A stretch of DNA of 63,031 nt, the filler included, from Chiloscyllium plagiosum (taxonomy: Eukaryota), in the NCBI RefSeq assembly GCF_004010195.1. It is 5 parts of one record of this genome, joined end to end, with 100 filler letters (N's around TTAATTAATTAA, not from the genome) between each part and the next. Parts side by side here need not be neighbours in the genome. Positions count along the whole stretch, not along the records: positions 1 to 17,502 come from NC_057710.1; 4 more parts are not named here. One strand, given 5' to 3'. The notes under the pieces were generated by a model. That model saw only the letters and a list, made by a program, of their open reading frames with translations, was not told the origin of the DNA and searched no databases. The stretch's first letter is position 1, and each line of letters opens with the position of its first letter. Positions 1 to 12,624 of this stretch are shown piece after piece. Position numbers and translations under genes: made by a program.

Positions 1-98
1 CCTCATTCCTGAAGAAGGGCTTATGCCCGAAACGTCGATTCTCCTGTTCCCTGGATGCTGCCTGACCTGCTGCGCTGTTCCAGCAACACATTTTCAGC
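1..98 (+). mobile_element. Penelope-like element terminal segment with minimal hammerhead motif (one arm of a fold-back element)
   Basis: CTGAAGA-A-GGGC-TTAT-GCCC-GAAA-CGTC at 9-36; near-identical to the arms at 10704-10873 and 55313-55418 and similar to the tail of the Penelope element at ~45850-45980. Confidence 0.75.
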
Positions 99-720
99 AG
101 TGAACTCCTAATTAAATACTTGGAGGTTTTTCAGAAAGGTCTAGGAACCATCAAAGGAGCCAAGGCCACTTGCATGTTGACCAGAAAGCTATTACATTAT
201 TTTGTAAGACCTGTCCAGTGATATTTGATTATGGAAATCACCAAACCACAACAGCTTGTAGAAAATGGCAGTACCAGCCCTACTGATTGTGATACCCGGT
301 AGGTTGGTTTGCTTTTGTAGGGATGTTAAACAAATGATAAACCGAGTTTTGCAGGTGAACAAATACCAAATCCCTTGTATACAGGATTTAAACGCAAAGC
401 TGACAGGGGGCTGTCCTTCATGAAGCTGGACATGAATGCTTGCAGTTACGGTTAGATGAGGATTCCCAGAAGTATGCTACAATTAATAAGGGCATGCACC
501 AATATACGAGACTGCTGTTTGGGGTAGCATCAGCCTTTGCAATTGATGATGGAGAACATTTTATACCTATTCCAGGTCATTATTTTTCGAGATGACGTGC
601 TTTAACAGTAAAGACCAATAAGGAGCACTTAGAGAACTTAAACATGGCCCTTAGATGTTTCTTCCAGGTGGGAACCCAACTTCGAAGGGAAAATTGTGTT
701 CTAAGCACCTCAAGTTGTAA
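99..720 (+). mobile_element. Decayed Ty3/Gypsy pol (RT) fragment
   Basis: Frameshifted RT-like pieces such as IQDLNAKLTGGLSFMKLD, LDEDSQKYATIN, YTRLLFGVASA, FRDDVL, KEHLENL. Confidence 0.8.
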
Positions 721-750
721 ATCTTCAGACTCAGAGGGGGATGGATGATT

Positions 751-977
751 GGTTGTGATTGTAATGAGGTCAGCCAGGTGGACATCATGGAATATGAGCT
801 CCCTGATTGAGGCTGTTAATCTGGTCCAATCAGGGAGCCCTGACTGAACCTAAGTGTCAGAGGTTCTGTTCACTCTGAGACCTGTCTCTGAGGAAGCTAG
901 ATCAGTGTCAAGGGCTCTCCATATACATATAAAAGGTGACCTGGTGATGGGATACTGGCCTCTGTAGAGTTATTTCA
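751..977 (+). mobile_element. Gypsy 3' LTR
   Basis: Preceded by purine tract agagggggatgg, ends in CA, and is the reverse-complement homologue of 2398-2633; followed by GTTAC. Confidence 0.8.
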
Positions 978-1066
978 GTTACTTTTAAGAAACATTATTC
1001 AGTTATTGCTCCATAGCAGCTACTTTGTAGAGATAGCCCTTTAGAACGTGGTTTATAGTTTATAAC

Positions 1067-1130
1067 TGCGCTGTTCCAGCAACACATTTTCAGCTCTGAT
1101 CTCCAGCATCTGCAGACCTCACTTTCTCCT
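1067..1130 (+). mobile_element. 3' tail of Penelope-derived fold-back element
   Basis: ctgcgctgttccagcaacacattttcagctctgatctccagcatctgcagacctcactttctcct, matching 10845-10909. Confidence 0.75.
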
Positions 1131-2397
1131 TTAATTAGGAGTTCACTCAGGCAGCCATTTTCTAATTGAAAAATGTTGAGCCAATCTTGGTGAATCTTTC
1201 TCAATCAATTTTGCCCATCAAGTTTGGGTCCAAGCCTTTTACTACGATCAATGGTTACTGAACTGGCTGCTTCTCATAAGAGACCGGAACCAAAGTTGTA
1301 CCCTTAATCTGTAAAGGTTCCTCAGTGTAGGCTTTCAGCCCAGCTAAATTCTTGTGCAAACATAAGGGTTGGAGTTCAGAGCAAATTTTGTTAAAGTTTG
1401 CTTCTGCAATCACTGAAACAGCCACACTGAAATTTACTTCCATTTGAATTGGTTGACCATTTAACCAAAAGTTTATTTTGATTAGTTCTGATTTGGATGT
1501 TAGTAAACAAAATAACTGTTCTAAGCCAGATGTAGGTGGACTTTCCAGGGCATGTACTCTCCTGTATAGGGGCCTAAGAGTTCTCTTACTCAATTTAAGT
1601 CTGGTGGGACTCTTTTGCTCTCACGAGTCTGCGTGCCTGCAGCAAATGCAATGGCTAGCTGGCCTGAATCCTGAAGAAAATGTTAACTGTTTGGCCAAGA
1701 CATGACTTTGTTGAGGTGGTTTGCTGACCGAGAGTCCCTCTCTTCAGGATATGTCCTGAATGAGGCTATGCAATTGCCTTCAGTCAAAAGGTGTTCCCCA
1801 AGCACTTCCATCAGCATGCACTGTAACTCATATGCTTTATTTGCCATATGTGCCAATGACTTATAGTGCCTGTTTGAAGTCTCCTTGGGTTTCAGCTAGT
1901 GGGTGCTTTTGCATGGTTACATCATTAGTTACATCCACCAAACATTCTCTAAGCATCTCATTAAGAGTTAAACCAAAATCACATCCCTCTGCCAGTCATC
2001 CTAACCTCGTCAAAAATCCTAATACGGATTCCCATGGTTCTTGAATTGCTGAGTAAAGCCGATACTGTCTCAGAATTGTAGGAGGCTAGAGGTCCTGGTA
2101 TTTATTAACTAGATTCATTAACTCTTCAGTATCTCAGGGAAAGTTAGGCTCCTAATAACCGAAAAAATGCAATTCTGCAAACTGTCAGAAAAATTACTTG
2201 CTGCTTTTCATCTGCCCCAGTGTAACCTGTCTGGAAAAACAATAGTTTTTTTTCTGCGTACTGCATCCATTCTTTGACGGCAGCATTTAACGAGTCAAGC
2301 TTCCCAAATAACTGGATGATGTCAGAAATGCTGACCCAACTCAAAGACAACTGTTGCAAACATATTTCTTTAGAAGCATGCACTTTTCTCATCATCA
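1131..2397 (-). mobile_element. Decayed Gypsy gag-protease region
   Basis: ORF 1255-1593 (LNGQPIQMEVNFSVAVSVI, decayed aspartic protease motif); ORF 2144-2395 gag N-terminus (LFGKLDSLNAAVKEWMQYAE); adjacent to an LTR. Confidence 0.8.
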
Positions 2398-2633
2398 GTA
2401 AAATAAATCCACAGAGGTCAGTATCCCATCACCAAGTCATCCTTTATTTACAGATAGAATGTCCTCAACACAGATCCAGCTCTCTCAGAGCAAGCGCTCA
2501 GAGTAAACAGAATCTCTGACATTCCTGTTTATAACTGTCAGCCAAGATTCCCCAATTGGTCCAGATTAACAGTCCAAATCACGGAACTCATATTGTCTAT
2601 GCCCACCTGGCTGACCTCATTACAATCACTATA
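2398..2633 (-). mobile_element. Gypsy 5' LTR
   Basis: Homologous to 751-977 in reverse orientation; flanked by GTAAC (reverse complement of GTTAC). Confidence 0.8.
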
Positions 2634-2922
2634 GTAACATAATCCACTATTCCTTCCTTAACCCTTATTGCAAATAAATTGTGCCACGGGGTGGGTTTAC
2701 AAATCTAATACCGGTCCTCTGACCTACCTCCAACAGTTCTCAAGTATTTATAAGTGAAAACTGCCGCCTTGTACTAATGGAATGTGTCTGCTAGATAGAA
2801 ACTAAATTTTTGATATTAATTTATGAGCTGATATTGAATGTTGGTACTATCCCAAGTCCAGAAATCTGAAAATTAAATTGTACAAATACCAGATATTTTA
2901 TCTCTAGCTCAACATTTATATA

Positions 2923-3537
2923 CAGGTAGTTCTCCTATAACACATATTTATTAAGGCTACTTGGTTGGATCGCAATTTGTGAATTGTGGACCTTTTTTTT
3001 CATAAAGCAAAGTCCAGTTCACTGTTACGTGATTCCATCCCTGGCACTATCTAAACAGCAAAACCCAACCTCAGGATCCTCTGTCTGCAAAATGCAAATT
3101 CAATGTGTTCAACTAAAACAAGAATGCAATCAGCTCTGCAAGCCTTGAAACTTAGCTTGAAACTGGGAATTGTAGTCTGCATTTAGAAGGAAGTTTTTTC
3201 AAACTGGAGAAGAATCTTAAAGAGGACTGGAATTCCGTGTGGTCATCACATGTTCAGTGGTTTGTGGTGAAAAGCTTTGTGAAAGATACAGTGTTGTAGT
3301 CACTTAAAGTGTTAAATTTCCCAAAATGTTTCATTAAAATATATGGTTTTAACATTTACGTAGACTTTGCTTGTGTTTGCGTTTGGCTAACTACTGCTTT
3401 TGTTTCGAATTTTACTGATATTTTTGGTAGTTTGGCGCAACCCTGTTTTACCCATAGGCCCATTATTTATATTGCACATTTCTTATGACACAGTATCGCA
3501 CATGAACACAACTACTGCATTACAGGATAACAATTTG
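2923..3537. mobile_element. Tc1/mariner (Tigger-like) non-autonomous DNA element
   Basis: TA-flanked degenerate TIRs: caggtagttctcctataa ... ttacaggataacaatttg. Confidence 0.5.
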
Positions 3538-4439
3538 TAATTTACCTGATACTATCACGTAAAATAACATCCACTTTTAAGTATCAGGTTCAATAACTGC
3601 CTTGTATTTGGGAATTGATTGTCTGGGCTACACTCACATCTGTACTATTTAGGAGGTTCTTGTGGTGTAGTGCTAGTGTCCTTACATATGAACCAGGAAA
3701 CTCAAGGGATGTGTTGTAACACCTCTGCACATGTTGATTGATATCACTGTCAGTACCATTTGGCTACTTTCAGTTCTTGTGTCGCATGTTGTCATGCTGA
3801 GTATATAGCATCTGGAATCAGAAACTATCAGGGGGAAAATTCTTTTCTTTCTCAATCTGAATAACACCCACATTGCCATTTGTTTTCTGTCGCTAAACCA
3901 ACTTTGTACTCATGCTGCTACTGTCTTTCCCCTTCATTGGTTTTAGCTTTGCTGAGAAGTCTGTAATACAGCACATTATCAAATGTATTTTGGAGATCCA
4001 TAAGCATCACTACAACCACATATAATCGTCTCTGTTCCCTCAAAGAATGACCCAAGAAAGCCAATTCAAGATATTTTTCCCTTAATAAAACCATGCTGGA
4101 ATTCCTTAATTCATTCAAATTTGCAATATCAAAAAGCTCAAGACACACATGATGATATTATGTATTAATGCTTCAATACATGAGCCAATATCAAAATGAA
4201 TTAATATCTGATAGAACATCTTCATAGTGCTGTTTTTACATACACAAGCAATTCCTATAAGACCTAACTCTTTGCTGTGACTGAGTACATTTATAACTCA
4301 ACATAAATTTCCCATGATCCCATCTACCTTGGCAACTTTCTGAATAAAGTTAGGTTCAAACAATTAATCTTCTGGTTAGTAACTTAATAATCCTACAGCA
4401 GTCAGCCTCAATGACCATGTATCACTATTCAAACTTACA

Positions 4440-4800
4440 CATCCTACTCCAGACTCTGTGCTGTTCATTTCATAGTCCTTCAAGCAAATGCATTGTTGCT
4501 TGCCTTGTTCATGCAGATACCTTGGACGCACCTTTCCACCATGAACATTGGCACTCCACTTTCAGGCGATATCACCACAATCCTGGCTTTCTCCAGTGTA
4601 TTGACACCACACAGTACAATGAAAGACAGCTCTAAGAAAGCACACTGGCAACCAGTAGTGTACATTTGCATTGGTTATAGGAACCACACAGAGATAGGAA
4701 CCCATTATACAGCATGGGTCAGGCTTGCTATCACAGCAAGCATTCATGCATGCCTTGCCCAGTTGTACCTTGCATTGGTAATTGATGCAGTCACGCAAAC
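4440..4800 (+). mobile_element. Possible decayed PIF/Harbinger transposase fragment
   Basis: GFLQCIDTTQ and HWQPVVYI resemble the HARBI1-family GFP..G.IDCTH..P.....Y motif. Confidence 0.35.
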
Positions 4801-5368
4801 AGGTAGGTAGCTGTGCTGTGCAGCAGTCCTCACTCAAAGGTGCATTTGTCTTTTCTTCTGTCAATGTGCCCAATACTCTATCATCTGTGCCTCGTGACCT
4901 ACTGCGGGGCCAATAAGAGGGATGAGTATAGTGTCATTGGGGACATTTGTGTCCTCCAAACAGGGGTCTGGGCATTTAAGGACCAGCACTTGCCAGTTGA
5001 AGTCATTCAGGGAGTTGCATCATGGTTATTCTACCACATCCATTTGCAGACAGTGAAGAGATAAATGGGTTGGCAGAAAAGGGGAGTGGGACAGGTAGGC
5101 CTGTGTAGGCAAATAGTTGAGTGATGATCTGGGGAAGTGTAAAGTCTGTAGGGTTAACAGAGTGGACATGTAAGAATGAAGAGGGTGATAATGAGGGTCT
5201 TGGTGGTGGCGATGCTGAGGCTGTTCAGAACAACAAAAATGAGAACACGATGTGTTAAGTCTGGCCTGTTAAAAATCATTACTTTTTGATTGTAAATTCA
5301 GTAACAGTGATTATTGATGTTAATAAGATGTCATCCCGTCTTTTGAATCAAACATTACTGTCATCATC

Positions 5369-5572
5369 GATAAAATGTGGAGCTGGAAAAACACAACAGA
5401 TCAGACAGCATCAGAGGGGCAGGAAAGTCAACATTCGGATTAGGACTCTTTATCAGGTCCTGACCCAAAACGTCGACTTTCCTGCTCCTCCGACGTTGTC
5501 TGACCTGCTGTGTTTTTCCAGCTCCACATTTTATCAACTCTGACTTACAGTATCAGCAGTCCTTACTATCTC
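5369..5572 (+). mobile_element. Penelope-derived fold-back element, older copy
   Basis: Inverted arms gataaaatgtggagctggaaaaacac ... gtgtttttccagctccacattttatc (5369-5535) plus family tail. Confidence 0.7.
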
Positions 5573-7039
5573 CATTATTGTAATGATTATGTTCTTGTCA
5601 AAAGCCTAAAGGAGCTGTAGTTAACAATTACAGTTAGCAATTATGATTAGTGTATAGAAAATGGTATGAGAAAGAAAATTAATGGAAGTCGGGGTTTAAG
5701 GATGTTCAGATGGGAAAGAGGTTGCGTTTGTGCAAGGTGGATATTGTCTGTTAGTGAGGCTTTTAGTCGTAATTCAAAATAAAAGTTGGTGGCATGTTTA
5801 ACCAGGGAATGTTGGAAATGGTTTGTGAAAATGTAGCATTAAGAGAATGTATGTTGTGTTGGTGCTCAGGCAATCAGGAATAAAATGGAGAGATGGTGTG
5901 TTCTCCTAACTGCCTTGTTTAGGAGATAGAATACTTCTGAAATAGTTCTAAGGATAAAGAAAATGGCATTCTGTACCATCTCCCTCCACCTAGCATGGGA
6001 TAATTCTGATTGAGTTGATGGCACATAGCTTCATGGGTTTATTCATCTTCTGCATCTCTGCAATAAGTTATCCTTTAGTTTATATTGTTTCTCCTTATTA
6101 TTTATTTAAAAGGTATTACTTCAGACATAAAAACATGCATTTGCTACATTTTTGACCATTCTACTAAACTGTCAACATCCTTTTGAAGTCTATCTTCATC
6201 CTGCTCATAGTTCACAATACTTTCAAGTTTTGAGGTACCTGAAAATTTTGACATAATGCCCAATACATATAGAAATCTAGTGCTGCTCCTTGGAGAAATC
6301 CCTATAGATCCAGCTGTAATCTGAAAGCTAATGGTTCATCCATACTCTTTGAGCTAGATTGAATGTTCCTTCTCCTCTGCCACTGGCCAGTGGATTTGAA
6401 GACTGTGAGAGGGTGGGTGCTCACATAATTGGCTAACAGCATTCGAAGATAGGATTTCCTTCCAAGAGAAGTGCAAAGTTTTGCCTTAAAGCAAGAAATG
6501 CTTTTCCCAGTATGAAATTGTGGGATTTGTCAGGGATAATGTCAGGACCAGGGAGAGTGTTCCTAGCAAACTTTGAGCTAGCGTGGAGGGATTATATCAC
6601 CTGTAAAATCCTGTCCTGTTCCAATTAATCATCTTTGTATCTGTGTTAATCTTTTGTTCTGTTGGCAAGCCTTTGAGGTGGCACTTTATCACACACCTTT
6701 TGTAAATCAATGTTTATCATATGAACTATGGAATTCTCATCAACCCTTTCTATGAGCACATCAAAAATTTAATCATGTTAGTGAAGTGTCATTCTGAATT
6801 TTGTCCTCAATTATGGTTTATACAAACTTTCCCACTACTGAAATTAAATAAACAGGCCTGATGCTGCTCGGCTTGTAAGTTTAACAACACAGAGGGTAGG
6901 AATGGTGCTAATGGAAAAACTTGCAATCAGTAAATATACCTCTTTTGACTAGAAGTAGGCCAATTATTTTGTTGTTGTGTTGGGAGGATTTTTGAAAGTT
7001 AATTTGCAATGAATCAATTTTATCTGTAGCTTCTTACAA

Positions 7040-7175
7040 ATGCATGAATAGGAAAGGTTTAGAGGGATGTGGGCCAAATGCAGGAAAATGGGGCTAGTTT
7101 AGTTTGGGAAAACTGGTCAGCATGGATGAGTTGGATTAAAGGTTCTGTTTCCATGCTGTATGATTCTGACTCTAC
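7040..7175 (+). mobile_element. CR1 LINE 3' UTR fragment
   Basis: Matches the reverse complement of CR1 tails at 16025-16170 and 18780-18920. Confidence 0.75.
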
Positions 7176-8429
7176 TGAACATTTATTTCCTTTAACTGGC
7201 TTATTCTAAGGCATCATCATGTGTGCAACATTATTTGTATAGTTTGTTAGAAAAATACCTCTTAATGGATTATCTTCTTATTTTCTGTTATAATTTTTGT
7301 ATGACCTATTCCCCACTCTGGTTCTGCTTTCAACATAAGGAGATGTGGCCAAAGTGAATTGCATTGCCTGTGTTCCATGACTGCTATGTCAATGGATTAT
7401 GATCATATTTGATGACATTCTTGCCTTCTAGAAACATGCATTTATCTTGTTTATGAGTGCTAACCTTGATAATTTTCAGCATTTCACCATTACCCTTAAC
7501 AATGATTCAACAGCTTCTAGAAAGGTAATTGGACTAGAGAGCTTTTGAGAGTAAAGCATTGACATTGAAATTGATCCCAGTGTAAGTAAAGGAATTAGAA
7601 GGCCTGGAAACGCTGCTGACATGGTTGCACACAATAATGGGAATGTTATAAGCCGAGTTGATATTAATACTGGACAAGGCAAAGCCAAGAGTGAAACCTG
7701 GCTTGATAACCCCTAACTTTGTTTCTCTCTTTTTTTCTATTGATATCAGTCATTGAGCACATTGATAAAGAATCTGCAAGTGTACTTTTAACAGAAAGCA
7801 TGAAAATGTTTACTAAACAAGAATTATATTACATTAAATGAAATGTTTGGAAATATTTCAATATGAAGGATTCAAACTCACTATTACTTTTGTCCCAAGA
7901 ATGTCCTTAAAAACACCAAACCTCAGTGTAGATACACATTGTTTTTACACTAAGGTTTCTTGCTCAGGCTGGCACAGCTTCAACCAGTTTACTTCACATG
8001 ACAATAAAACCTAATTTTAATTCTAGTTGTAATTCTGACGAACATATGTGAGTTCACTAGATACGTTTCTTCAGCTGTCATCATCCTCCAAGGAACCTAA
8101 AACAAATTACAAACTAAACCTACCATCACTTTAACTTCAGAGCAAGCACAAGAGTTCCCTAAGCTCAGTTTTCAGTAATATTACAAGATTTGTTTCTCAA
8201 AAATAACTAACTGACTTCTGGATTTTTCTGTTTCTTTGTATGACTCTGGATCCATGTTGTTTCTGTAGCACAGTTGTTTCTTTTCACTAATGCACCAAGC
8301 CAACATTCCCATCTCTTCATTACCAGAACAACACAAAATATAAATCAAACTTATAGTTGTATATTGCTCCTCATATCTCCCAGCAAATCCACCCAGGGTT
8401 AGAAGAGCTGATATTTCTTTGACTTTTTA

Positions 8430-8830
8430 ACATTTGTGGGATGGGGATGTGGGCATCGCTGGTTGGCTAGCATTTTCATTGCCCATTCCTAGTTGCCTTT
8501 GTGAAGGTGGTGGTGAGCTGCCTTCTTGAACTGCTGCAGTCCAACTGCTGTGGATTGACCCAAAATGCCCTTAGGGAGAGAATTCCAGGATTTTGACCCA
8601 GCGACAGCAATATATTTCCAAGTCAGGATGATGAGTAGCTGGGAGGGGAGCTTGCAGATAGTGGCGTTCCCATGTATCTTCTGCCTTTGTCCTTTTAGAT
8701 GTAAATATTTGAGAGTTTGGAAGGTGCTGTCTGAGGATCTTTGGAGAATTTCTGCAGTGCATTTTGTACATAGAACACACTGCAGCGAGTGATCACCAAT
8801 GGTAGAGGGAGTGGATGCTTATGAATGTAT
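8430..8830 (-). mobile_element. LINE (CR1/L2 group) 3' fragment
   Basis: Minus-strand ORF-end text (SPKILRQHLPN...TWERHYLQAP); related fragments at ~51480 and ~61260. Confidence 0.55.
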
Positions 8831-8989
8831 ATATTGATGTTCAAAATATTTGAGATGACTGAATTATTACATTATGGACATTGCTACCGACCTGCAGTTT
8901 TAACAAAATAACAGGGAGCCACATCACCAGACCATGCCAGGCTGCTAATAAGTGGCCACCTGGAGTAAAACTATCTCAGCCATTTGGAA

Positions 8990-9550
8990 GAAAGCTCTGT
9001 AATGTAGGAAAAATGTCAGGCAGCACACTACCCTTCATGACTCAAATGACTTTGTAGGCTGTTTTCCTCCTGCAGTGACAAACAAGCAGGTATTAAGGGA
9101 GATGAAAGTGAACGGCCCAACAATGACTGTTGGTGAGGGTGGGGAGGTGTCTCAAGTGAGTGAGAAAGCAGTATGGAAGGCAAGCAGGGTTAGTCATGTC
9201 AGGTATTGGGGTGGTTGCCAGCAAGTGAGGGAAGATATTGCAGGCAAGTTAGAACATGAAAATGTGAGCCGTGGTGCAAAATGGGTATAACAGCAGAGAT
9301 AGAGTGAGTGTGAGGTATCAGAGAAATGATGGTGGCACTTACCCTGGTGGCGTGCAGAAGAACATTGACCTTCTTCCTAAAACATTAGCCACTGCTCCGG
9401 ATGGTGAGATCATGCTACCCTGGGTAGCATCTCAGAACTGCTGGAGTGACCAACTCTGCCAGTCCTGGAGGAAGGCAATGACTGTCCTCTGCCCCACCCC
9501 CTTCACTTGCTTGTTTCTGAAGAAGGGCACCAATTTCCCCATCTCTGCTA
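8990..9550 (-). mobile_element. Decayed Harbinger Myb/SANT-like gene with intron
   Basis: Minus strand reads FRKKVNVLLHATR|gtaagt then cag|EKTAY-like, similar to the CRKKxNDL..AR|EK.AHN pattern of Harbinger Myb proteins. Confidence 0.45.
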
Positions 9551-9869
9551 TATCTGGGACAAATTTCACAAACCATGCAGTGCAGCTCTGACTGACAGTG
9601 GTTGTCAGATTGTACAATAGTCTATTAACGATGATGAGTTGACAGGGATACCAGTGTGTTTAGGGATATGACGGCAATGGCGGATTCTTCTGGACACATT
9701 GAGTGGACGAATTGGGCTCACGTCGGATGTGAGGGCTATCATGATTCATGAAGCATGATTGAGATGATAGTGCAAGAAACTCACTAGGCCTCATGCAGAG
9801 AAAGACAATGAAATTGAAACATCAAAATATTGTTAAGATTCAGAGCTAGTAATCTGGTGGATTTGAATC

Positions 9870-10168
9870 AGGTGGAACAGTGGCTAAGTGGTTAGCATTG
9901 CTGCCTCAGTGTCAGGGACCAGGGTTCAATTCCACCCTCAGGTGACTGTCCATGTGGAGTTTGTACATTCTCCCCTTGTTTGCATGGGTTTCCTCCGGGT
10001 ACTCGAATTTCCTCCCACAGTCCAAAGATGTGCAGGCTACATTGATTAGCCATGGAAAATGCAGGGTTACAGGGATGGGATGGGTCTGGGTGGGATGCTT
10101 TTCGGAAGGTTGGTGTGGATTTGATGGGCCGGATAGCCTACGTCCACACTGCAGGGATACATGATTCA
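9870..10168 (+). mobile_element. HE1-type tRNA-derived SINE
   Basis: A-box gtggctaagtggttagca, B-box gggttcaattcc, core tgtggagtttgtacattctcccc. Confidence 0.85.
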
Positions 10169-10703
10169 TATTTCAAAATAGGCTACAAGAATTGGAAATT
10201 GCTTGAAAATGTTTTGAGACTGGTTGCCAACCTAAAAAATGAATTATCTTTAAAACTGGAGATTCTCTGACTGTTTGGGGACATCCGCAAGTATCTCTCA
10301 AACAGTATTTCCCAGGCATTCAGTCACTGCATCTACTTTACCAAGCTGTAAGGAGCAACATAGATTAGCCAAAACCTAAAGTAATCCCAAATTCCTGTGA
10401 AATTGTTATTTTTCATCTTTCAGGCCTCATAAACTCTAGAGCCACACCCTTTTTAAAAATTATATATTTTTGCCTTCTTTCCTTGACCAATCACCAAGCA
10501 ACAAAAGCTGTTGAGTATATCGGATATACCCTATTATCCAGGAGGGGGATAAAAGTTCTTTCCTACTTCTCCTAAGTAGAATATTAAAAGAATAATCCAC
10601 TCCATCCATAATTCTTGCCATATTTGCACTTATTTTCACAAGTTACTTCTAAAATCCTATTCTTCTGACTTTTTCTGTTATTCCTGTATAACATATGATG
10701 TGT

Positions 10704-10908
10704 GCTGAAAATGTGTTGCTGGAACAGCGCAGCAGGTCAGGCAGCATCCAGGGAACAGGAGAATCGACGTTTCGGGCATAAGCCCTTCTTCAGGCTTATG
10801 CCCGAAACGTCAATTCTCCTGTTCCCTGGATGCTGCCTGACCTGCTGCGCTGTTCCAGCAACACATTTTCAGCTCTGATCTCCAGCATCTACAGACCTCA
10901 CTTTCTCC
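10704..10908 (+). mobile_element. Young Penelope-derived fold-back element with TSD
   Basis: 81-bp inverted arms (10704-10784 / 10793-10873) with one mismatch; 17-bp direct repeat taacatatgatgtgtgc at 10689-10705 and 10909-10925. Confidence 0.85.
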
Positions 10909-12049
10909 TAACATATGATGTGTGCCAAAACAGCACCAAAGTATATTACAGATGATTCTGCTATCAGGCATTTACTGAAAAAAAAGTTCATTAGGAGCAC
11001 AAGATGGGAAGTCACAGGTCCACGGTTCCTGATTTAACAGTAGACAGATTCTTGCCCTTGTTTTAAATCTGAACCTTACTACCCACAAGAAGGTGCAGTT
11101 GGGAGGCAGGATCTAACAATTATTTAAGTCTTATTTTTACAGACATGTCACTAGATACAATTAGTGCAAGCACAGCTGAGAGAAATTATAAAGTACTTTT
11201 TACAAGAACCGATTAAAAACCCTGTTATAGCAGGCAATTAATCATGTTATAATTTACTTTTTACTTCATGGATTTCCAAAAAACAATGCAACAGCTATTG
11301 ATATTATGTCACATCTCCTGTTTTGTAGAAACTGTGAAGAGATAAGATGATATGATTTAGCATCAGCTGTTCAATATGAAGTCATCAAACCCTTAACTTT
11401 ATTCCCTAGTCACTACATACTGGTCCAGCAGAATAAATTTACATTGACAAGCCAATCATTTTTATTGGCTGAGAAACTGTGTGAGCAGAAAAAAATAACT
11501 TCACAATCAATTGCTCTTCTCTGGCTTCTCAGCCTTACTATTAATTTATTGAAGGAGACAATGGTGGATGTACCTTCAATTGCCTCTGTTGAGAAAATTT
11601 GCACTCACGATAATCTGCTCACCAATGCTCAGTTTAGTTTTGCTAGTGCCACTTAGCTTGAAACCTCATCAGTGCCCTTGGTAATGTCAGAGATGCAAGA
11701 AATGAATACAAGAGGAGAAGATCTCTCAAAGGCAAGAAAACATTTGAACATCATATCAAATTGCACAATAAACCTGACATCAATGGGGATCAGGAGGAAA
11801 ACCATCCAGTGCTGGACTTATACCTGATGGGAAGAAAGATATCTATGTCTATTGACACTAGTCATAACAGTCGCAGGATATCACTTCTGGAGATTACTTT
11901 TAGTATTCCTTAAAGAAGTATCCCCAACCCAGTTATCTTCAGTTGATAGAAGGTCAGAAATGACATTATTTGCTAACAATTTCATAGTAGATACCTTAAT
12001 TTTAAGCCAGTGCAATATGTCTTGTCTTATCATATAGTCTCCACCTGGT

Positions 12050-12511
12050 ACAGCAATGGCTCTGCCCAGGAATGTAGAAAACTATAGAAAGTTATGTGCA
12101 TGGCCTAGACCATCACAGAAGCCAAGCACCCATCCATGGACTCTATTTATACTTCTCGATGCTGCCAACATCATCAAAGATCCATCCCACCCCAATAGTG
12201 ATCTCTTCCAACCTCTTCCATCAGGCAGAAAATACAGAAGCATGAACACATACACCAACAGGTTCAAGAACAGCTTCTTCCCTGTTGTTATTAAACTGTT
12301 GAATTTCCCTTTCTAATTTCAAATAATGCTGATCTTGGTTTGTGCACCTCCTGTGCAATGTAACCTGTATGCATCATTCTACCTAAGCACTCTATGACCT
12401 GTTTGTCCTTGTTCGCTATGAACTGCCTGTACTGCTTGCAAAAGAAAACTCTTCACTGTACTTAGGTACATGTGACTACAATAAATCAAATCAATTCAAT
12501 AAATCAAATCA
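12050..12511 (+). mobile_element. Rex1/Babar-like LINE 3' end
   Basis: ORF end IIKDPSHP..LFQPLPSGRKYRS...RFKNSFFP..IKLLN; tail aataaatcaaatcaa. Confidence 0.75.
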
Positions 12512-12624
12512 ACTCAGTTCCCAACTTACCCCATCTCAACCCTAACTCCTGTATCTATGGCCAATGTGCCTATCTGGTGCAGTTGGCTCTGTAAGTCATC
12601 CAGCTCTGTGTTACAATCGAGCCC

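Noticed and set aside
9870..9935. tRNA genes at SINE heads
   Set aside because: A and B boxes run straight into SINE core sequence; no full cloverleaf or terminator
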